The notes beneath the pieces were generated by a model, which worked only from the letters and a program-made list of their open reading frames with translations, did not search any database and was not told where the DNA came from. A stretch of DNA of 64,000 bases from contig CAWAXX010000014.1 of the NCBI GenBank assembly GCA_963786105.1, positions 224,001 through 288,000 of the forward strand. Reading direction: 5' to 3'. The position numbers were made by a program, and so were the translations under genes. The DNA comes from Vulcanimicrobiota bacterium. GTDB lineage: Bacteria > Vulcanimicrobiota > Vulcanimicrobiia > Vulcanimicrobiales > Vulcanimicrobiaceae. Shown one piece after another: positions 58,624-64,000 of this stretch; within the stretch, counting starts at the first letter, position 1; each line of letters begins with the position of its first letter.

Positions 58624-60000
58624 TTATACTCCCGTTTTGATCCGTCCGGCGAACATCGAGCTCAAACTTTCCTCCAAGGCTTGGCATACGTAGTCGGCCT
58701 GTTCCTCTTCGATCGTCAGCGGCGGTTCGATGCGGATGGTGCGCGCGTTGACGAGGGTTCCGGAAACCAGGACTCCGCGGTCGAGCATGCGCTTCCCGAA
58801 CTCGAATCCGGTCGTATCGTCGCAAAACTCGAGCGCAATCAGCAAGCCCTTCCCGCGCACGTCGACGACCACGTCCTCGAAGCCGGCAACGCCCCGGCGG
58901 AGGCCCGCTAGCATACGCTCGCCCATCTTGGCGGCTCGTTCGGGCAGGCGTTCTTCTATCAACACGTTGATGGTCGCCAAGGCCGCAGCGCAAGCGAGCG
59001 GATTTCCGCCGAACGTGGACGTGTGCAAAAACGGGTTATCGAACAGCCTGGCAAAAACGTCGCGGCGTCCGACGACGGCGCCGGCCGGCATCACGCCGCC
59101 CCCGAACGCCTTCGCCAGACACATGAGATCGGGAGCGACGCCGTAGTGCTCGCAGCAGAACATCTTTCCGGTGCGCCCCATGCCCGTCTGCACTTCGTCC
59201 AGGATCAGCAAGGCACCGAAGTCGTCGCACAGCGTGCGCACCCCCGGAAGATACGAATCGGACGGAATGTTGACGCCGCCTTCGCCTTGTATCGGCTCGA
59301 GCAGAACGGCTCCGACGTCTTCGCCCACGGCCTTGCACGACGTCATCATGTCGGCGAGCGCCGGAAGGTCGTTGAATGGGACGTGCTCGATGTTCGGGAG
59401 CATCGGCCCGAACGGCCGACGGAACTCAGCTTTGGCACTCGCCGAGAGCGAGCCGTAACTCTTGCCGTGGAAGCCCTTGGTCGCGGCGACAATCGTTTGC
59501 TTCGAACCGTCGTAGGCGCGCGCGAGCTTGAGCGCGCCTTCGACCGCTTCGGTTCCGCTGTTGCAAAAGAATGCAAAATCGAGACCGGGGGGCGTCAGCA
59601 TCGTTAGCGCCTTGGCGAGCATCGCGCGCAGTGGATCGAGGAGGTCTTGGCTGTGCAACGGCTGCCGGCGGAGCTGATCCATGACGGCTTTGACGACTTT
59701 TGGATGCCGGTGCCCGACGTTGAAGATGCCGAACCCGCCAAGACAGTCTATGTATTCGCGCCCGGTGACGTCGCGATACGAGTTCGGACCGGCGTCGGCC
59801 CACTCGACGACCGCTTCCGCGCCGTCCACGCTGGTCGCTTTGCGATATTCTAGAAAGCCGGGATTGATGTGATCGCGAAATGACTCGACGGTCTCGCGCG
59901 TAATCCAGGCGGCTTCGTCGCGGGTTATGTCCCTTGACTCGATGAGTTGTAACACTTGCTGGGTATATTCGTAGGCTTCTCGTTCGCGATCGTTTGGAAT
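58624..60000 (-). CDS. patA: Putrescine aminotransferase; possible ATT start at 60000 (GTG 59955 alternative)
   Basis: HINPGFLEYRK, DCLGGFGIFNVGHRHP, QPLHSQDLLDPLRAMLAK, AKAFGGG, closely resembling PatA/YgjG. Confidence 0.88.
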   Translation of the reverse strand: MPNDREREAYEYTQQVLQLIESRDITRDEAAWITRETVESFRDHINPGFLEYRKATSVDGAEAVVEWADAGPNSYRDVTGREYIDCLGGFGIFNVGHRHPKVVKAVMDQLRRQPLHSQDLLDPLRAMLAKALTMLTPPGLDFAFFCNSGTEAVEGALKLARAYDGSKQTIVAATKGFHGKSYGSLSASAKAEFRRPFGPMLPNIEHVPFNDLPALADMMTSCKAVGEDVGAVLLEPIQGEGGVNIPSDSYLPGVRTLCDDFGALLILDEVQTGMGRTGKMFCCEHYGVAPDLMCLAKAFGGGVMPAGAVVGRRDVFARLFDNPFLHTSTFGGNPLACAAALATINVLIEERLPERAAKMGERMLAGLRRGVAGFEDVVVDVRGKGLLIALEFCDDTTGFEFGKRMLDRGVLVSGTLVNARTIRIEPPLTIEEEQADYVCQALEESLSSMFAGRIKTGV

Positions 60001-60003
60001 TTC

Positions 60004-61320
60004 TTACGCACCTCGTCGAGCATCGGATTGCGGGTTCCCCAAGACCGTCTCTACGCTCGCCGTGAGGATTTCGAGCGCTTCGCCGAGTTCGGCATCATCG
60101 ATCACGAGCGGGACCAGAATGCGGATGACGTTCCGCTTTCCGGCCAGCAACAGCAGCAGGCCGCGCTCGCGGGCCGTCTCGACGATCTGCGGCGCACCCG
60201 ACGAGAGCTCCATCGCGACCATCGCGCCGAGTCCGCGCACGTCTTCAATTTCGGCGAAGCGCGCTTGCAGGGAGCGCAACGCATCGTCGAGCTGCGTACC
60301 GATCGCGCGGGCGCGAGCGAGAAAGGCTTCGTCGACGATGTCGAAGGTCGCGAGCGCCGCCGCACAGGCCACCGGATTTCCGGCGAACGTTCCGCCGAGT
60401 CCGCCCGGCGCCGGCGCGTCCATGATCTCCGCCTTTCCGGTAACCGCTGCGAGCGGTAACCCGCCGGCGAGAGATTTTGCAACGGTCAACAGATCCGGCT
60501 CGATACCGTAATGCTCGCACGCAAAGAACGTGCCGGTGCGCCCGAACCCGGTTTGAATCTCGTCGGCGATCAGCACGATCCCGTGTTCGGACGCAATGCG
60601 GCGAAGCTCTCGTACGAACTCGACGGGGGCGGGAACGAATCCGCCTTCGCCGAGCACCGGTTCGAAAATAATTGCGGCAACGCGTTCCGCGGCGACAGTG
60701 CTCTCGAAAATTTCCTCGAGCGCGTTGAGCGCGCGTGCGGTCGTGATGCCGCGATGTTCGTACGGAAACGGTGCGTGATAGATTTCGCTGCAAAATGGGC
60801 CGAAATGCTGTTTGTACGGTTCGATCTTTCCGGTCATCGAAAGCGCCAAAAGCGTGCGCCCGTGGTACGCGTGCTGAAAAGCGATGACGGCAGGACGGCG
60901 AGTATGTTCGCGCGCTATTTTTACGGCGTTTTCGGTTGCCTCGGCACCGGTGGAGAACAGCGCCGTCTTTTTCTGCGACTCACCGGGTGCGCGGCGGTTG
61001 AGCTCCTCGGCGACGGCAACGTACGGCTCGTAACTCGCGACTTGAAAGCAGGCGTGTGTCAGGCGTGCCGCTTGCTCGGCGATCGCCGCGACGACGCCGG
61101 GGTGCGCGTGACCGACGTTGAGCGTACCGATGCCGCCTACGAAATCGAGGTAGCGGCGCCCCTCGACGTCCCAGACCGTGGCCGCCGAGCCGCGGTCGAT
61201 GGCGATGGGGTGCGCGACCGCAACGCCGCGGGCGACGCTGGCCGCGCGCCGCTGGACGATCGAGGCGTTGTTGATGGTTATTGTAGGCAACGTAGATTCT
61301 CTCAAGGACGCGTTCTCCAT
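60004..61320 (-). CDS. gabT: 4-aminobutyrate--2-oxoglutarate transaminase
   Basis: DFVGGIGTLNVGH, TGAEATENAVKIAR, YHGRTLLALSMTGK, AKSLAGG, GGLGGTFAGNP; start at ATG 61320. Confidence 0.9.
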   Translation of the reverse strand: MENASLRESTLPTITINNASIVQRRAASVARGVAVAHPIAIDRGSAATVWDVEGRRYLDFVGGIGTLNVGHAHPGVVAAIAEQAARLTHACFQVASYEPYVAVAEELNRRAPGESQKKTALFSTGAEATENAVKIAREHTRRPAVIAFQHAYHGRTLLALSMTGKIEPYKQHFGPFCSEIYHAPFPYEHRGITTARALNALEEIFESTVAAERVAAIIFEPVLGEGGFVPAPVEFVRELRRIASEHGIVLIADEIQTGFGRTGTFFACEHYGIEPDLLTVAKSLAGGLPLAAVTGKAEIMDAPAPGGLGGTFAGNPVACAAALATFDIVDEAFLARARAIGTQLDDALRSLQARFAEIEDVRGLGAMVAMELSSGAPQIVETARERGLLLLLAGKRNVIRILVPLVIDDAELGEALEILTASVETVLGNPQSDARRGA

Positions 61321-61606
61321 CGAGTGTAATCGCTCCCAGCACGCCAAAGCCAGGTATGGGAAGTACAATTTTGCCACCGCTGATGAAGGACGGCTGCAAC
61401 GAACGATCGCCGCGGTTGACCGTCCGTGAGATTCTGTTCCTCCCGACCCTCGACCGTGCCCGCTTGGTCGATTTGCCGGACCCCGCGCCTGGGTGCGCCG
61501 CGGGTGCTTTCTGCTTACCACCGGCCATAGCCGGCCTATCGATGCCGCCGGTCAGCAAGCGCTCATCCAAGAGCCGGCGGCTCGCGGGGTTGATGGGGTC
61601 GACCTA

Positions 61607-63217
61607 ATGGCAAGAAGCGCGCTCATGCGAGCGCTCCGCGGCGTCGCCGCGCGAGCCGGAGAAAACGGCGGAGGAGAGACGCGTAAAGAGTTTCTCCGCA
61701 CGGTTTCCTTAGCGGCTCTCGGAGCCGTTACCATCCCCCAGTTCGTCGCATGTGGCAGTTCGCAGGCACGCGGCCGCGAGCGCATCGCGATCGTCGGTGC
61801 CGGTATTGCCGGACTCGTTACGGCCATGCATTTGCGCGACGCGGGAATCGAATCGACTATCTACGAGTCGTCGACACGCGTTGGCGGACGCATGCACTCC
61901 GAACGCGCGTATTGGGGCGACGGCCAGCACACGGAATGGTGCGGCGCGATGGTCGACTCGCTTCACGTCAACATGCATCGCTTGGCTCGCCGCTTTGACC
62001 TGCGTTTGCTGGACACTATCGCCGCCCGGCCACCGCACTCGCGCGATACGTGTTATCTCGACGGCCGGTACTATCCGATGGCCGACGCGGACCGCGATTT
62101 CGCTAAAATTTACCCGATCATGCAACTGCAGCTCGGCAAGATCAATCCTCTGACGACGTACTCCAACGCCACTGCCGAGGCTCGCCGGCTCGACGCCATG
62201 AGCATGCGCGACTGGATCCTGCGGTACGTCCCCGGAGGCGAAACCTCACAGTTGGGGCGCCTGATCGACGAAGCCTATTGCAACGAATACGGGCGCACGA
62301 CCGACGAGTTGAGCGCGCTCAACCTCGTCGTGCAGCTCGGCGAGCAGCGCCGCTACCACGAAAACCATCGGATGAACGTCTTGGGATCGTCCGATCAGAA
62401 GTACATCTTCGCCGCCGGTAGTCAAGCGTTACCCGAAGCGATCGCGGCGTCGCTTCCCGCCGCGAGCGTGCGGTTCGATCATCGCCTGCTGGCGATCGCC
62501 CGCCTCTCAAACGGCACGTACGCCTTGACGTTTGCGACCGGCGGAAAGACCGAAAAGGTGTACGCGGACCGGGTGGTGCTGGCGATTCCCTTCATCGTGC
62601 TGCGGGGGCTCGATTTTTCCGGGGCCGGCTTCGACGCCGCTAAAAGGCGCGCGATCGACGATCTCGGTTACGGCTATCACACCAAACTGCACGTGCAGTT
62701 CGACCGGCGCGTATGGATGCAGCGGGGCCGATGGCCGGAACCGACAAGCGGACAGATTTGGACGACGTTGCCCGTGCAGAGCGCGCTGGACTTTACGCTC
62801 GGCCAGCCCGGGCGCGACGGCATCATCGAAGTTTTTACCGCCGGCGCCGCCGCCATGGTCGATACGCCGCCCGTCCCCTACGCGCGCATCGGGGATTCGG
62901 ACGCCGTGCGACGACACGTTCGCACGTTCTTTCGGCAACTCGATCTCATTTGGCCCGGTGTTTCGCCGGCGTGGAACGGAAAGGCAACGTTCGGGAACGC
63001 GCAAGCGGATCCCAACGTTCTCGCGAGTTATTCTTGTTGGCTGGTAGGCCAATACACGACGATCGCCGGTCACGAAGCGCTCCCACAAGGACGCGTACAT
63101 TTCGCGGGAGAGCATACGTCGATCTCCGATCAGGGGTTCATGGAAGGCGGAGCGGAATCCGGATTTCGAGCCGCACGCGAGATTTTGAGCGATTATCGCA
63201 TCAAATCCGCCGGATAA
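61607..63217 (+). CDS. Flavin monoamine/polyamine oxidase family protein with Tat-like (TRKEFL) and lipobox-like leader
   Basis: IVGAGIAGL, RVGGRM, VHFAGEHTS..QGFMEGGAESG; start taken at ATG 61607. Confidence 0.85.
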   Translation: MARSALMRALRGVAARAGENGGGETRKEFLRTVSLAALGAVTIPQFVACGSSQARGRERIAIVGAGIAGLVTAMHLRDAGIESTIYESSTRVGGRMHSERAYWGDGQHTEWCGAMVDSLHVNMHRLARRFDLRLLDTIAARPPHSRDTCYLDGRYYPMADADRDFAKIYPIMQLQLGKINPLTTYSNATAEARRLDAMSMRDWILRYVPGGETSQLGRLIDEAYCNEYGRTTDELSALNLVVQLGEQRRYHENHRMNVLGSSDQKYIFAAGSQALPEAIAASLPAASVRFDHRLLAIARLSNGTYALTFATGGKTEKVYADRVVLAIPFIVLRGLDFSGAGFDAAKRRAIDDLGYGYHTKLHVQFDRRVWMQRGRWPEPTSGQIWTTLPVQSALDFTLGQPGRDGIIEVFTAGAAAMVDTPPVPYARIGDSDAVRRHVRTFFRQLDLIWPGVSPAWNGKATFGNAQADPNVLASYSCWLVGQYTTIAGHEALPQGRVHFAGEHTSISDQGFMEGGAESGFRAAREILSDYRIKSAG

Positions 63218-63232
63218 GGGCCCGTAGCTTCT

Positions 63233-64000
63233 TTGGCGATCGTCGGTACTGCCGGGCACGTCGATCACGGAAAATCCGCGCTAGTGTCGGCGCTGACCGG
63301 CACCAACCCGGACCGTTGGATCGAAGAGCGTCTGCGAGGCATGACGCTCGATTTGGGATTCGCACGCCTCGTTCTGGACGACGGCCGGGAGGCGGGTATC
63401 GTCGACGTTCCCGGCCACGAGCGATTCCTCCACAACATGCTTGCGGGCGCGGCTGGGATGGACGTGCTGCTGCTCGTAGTAGCCGCCGACGAAGGGGTGA
63501 TGCCGCAGACGCGCGAGCATCTCGATATCCTGCGCTATCTCAACGTCCGTCAAACGGTCGTCGTGGTTACGAAAATCGATCTCATAGCCCCGGTTTTGCG
63601 GGAAGCGGCCTACGCTCGCGTTCTCGAAGCGCTGCGCGGCTCGATTGCGGAAGGCGCGCCGCTGGTCGGCGCGTCGAGCGTGACCGGCGAAGGTATCGAC
63701 GCTCTTCGTGCGCGCATCGCCGAAGCGGTTGCCGCGCTGCCGCCCCGCGACGACGACGCACCCGCGTACCTTCCTGTCGATCGCGTCTTTGCGTTGCCCG
63801 GACTAGGAACGGTCGTCACGGGCACCCTCATGCAAGGAACGATCGCCACCGGCGACGTGCTAGCGCTCGAACCCAGCAATCTGCCGGCACGGGTTCGTAG
63901 CATTGGAGTCTTCGGCACGACCCGCACGCACGTCGCTGCGGGCTCGCGAGTCGCGCTCAATCTTCCCGGCATCGATCGTCGTTCGATCGGCCGCGGCGAA
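63233..64000 (+). CDS. selB: Selenocysteine-specific elongation factor (5' partial; runs off the window, absent from the ORF track)
   Basis: TTG start; [70 protein letters not shown]. Confidence 0.95.
   Translation, partial: MAIVGTAGHVDHGKSALVSALTGTNPDRWIEERLRGMTLDLGFARLVLDDGREAGIVDVPGHERFLHNMLAGAAGMDVLLLVVAADEGVMPQTREHLDILRYLNVRQTVVVVTKIDLIAPVLREAAYARVLEALRGSIAEGAPLVGASSVTGEGIDALRARIAEAVAALPPRDDDAPAYLPVDRVFALPGLGTVVTGTLMQGTIATGDVLALEPSNLPARVRSIGVFGTTRTHVAAGSRVALNLPGIDRRSIGRGE

Noticed and set aside
61561..61600. SAM-I riboswitch-like start CTCATCCAAGAG
   Set aside because: The downstream conserved elements (kink-turn, GCAACC, GTGC, GATGAG closure) are missing
1..64000. CRISPR array, prophage, IS element, defence system or reverse transcriptase
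   Set aside because: No regularly spaced direct repeats and no transposase, integrase, RT or phage-structural motifs were recognised by eye

Overview
High-GC bacterial chromosomal window made mostly of housekeeping and metabolic genes. No CRISPR array, rRNA, tRNA, transposase, integrase or prophage was recognised. Gene content (several Pro/Thr-linker phosphoesterase lipoproteins, comEA/comEC, Firmicutes-like tsaEB-rimI and yqeK-rsfS blocks) suggests a Terrabacteria soil lineage such as Eremiobacterota/Vulcanimicrobiota; this is inference only. Main blocks: metG-rsmI; pepP; nadABC; peroxiredoxin; a sulfate ABC operon (sbp-cysTWA) plus a TauE-type exporter; an OPT transporter; three phosphoesterase lipoproteins; a DGPF/YciI plus ECF42-type sigma pair; comEC; a TipA-like MerR; leuS-comEA-fadD; two S10 peptidases; a VPS10-type protein; a beta-alanine-type catabolic operon with GntR; tsaE-tsaB-rimI-yqeK-rsfS; gyrA-trxA-selA; gabT-patA-aldehyde dehydrogenase; a flavin amine oxidase; and the 5' part of selB. 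The strongest hidden signal is a glutaredoxin whose apparent UGA stop (2871-2873) is followed by a SECIS-like hairpin with a GGUC loop. It is probably a C-terminal selenoprotein (…RG-U-TVH*), and selA and selB lie in the same window. Other features missing from the ORF track are a ~200-nt promoter-RNA-terminator unit (candidate new ncRNA), a diverged duplicate of the sbp promoter and 5' end carrying a shared palindromic operator, several small ORFs with strong RBSs, apparent gene-conversion tracts between convergent phosphoesterase paralogs, and probable non-canonical CTG and ATT starts.
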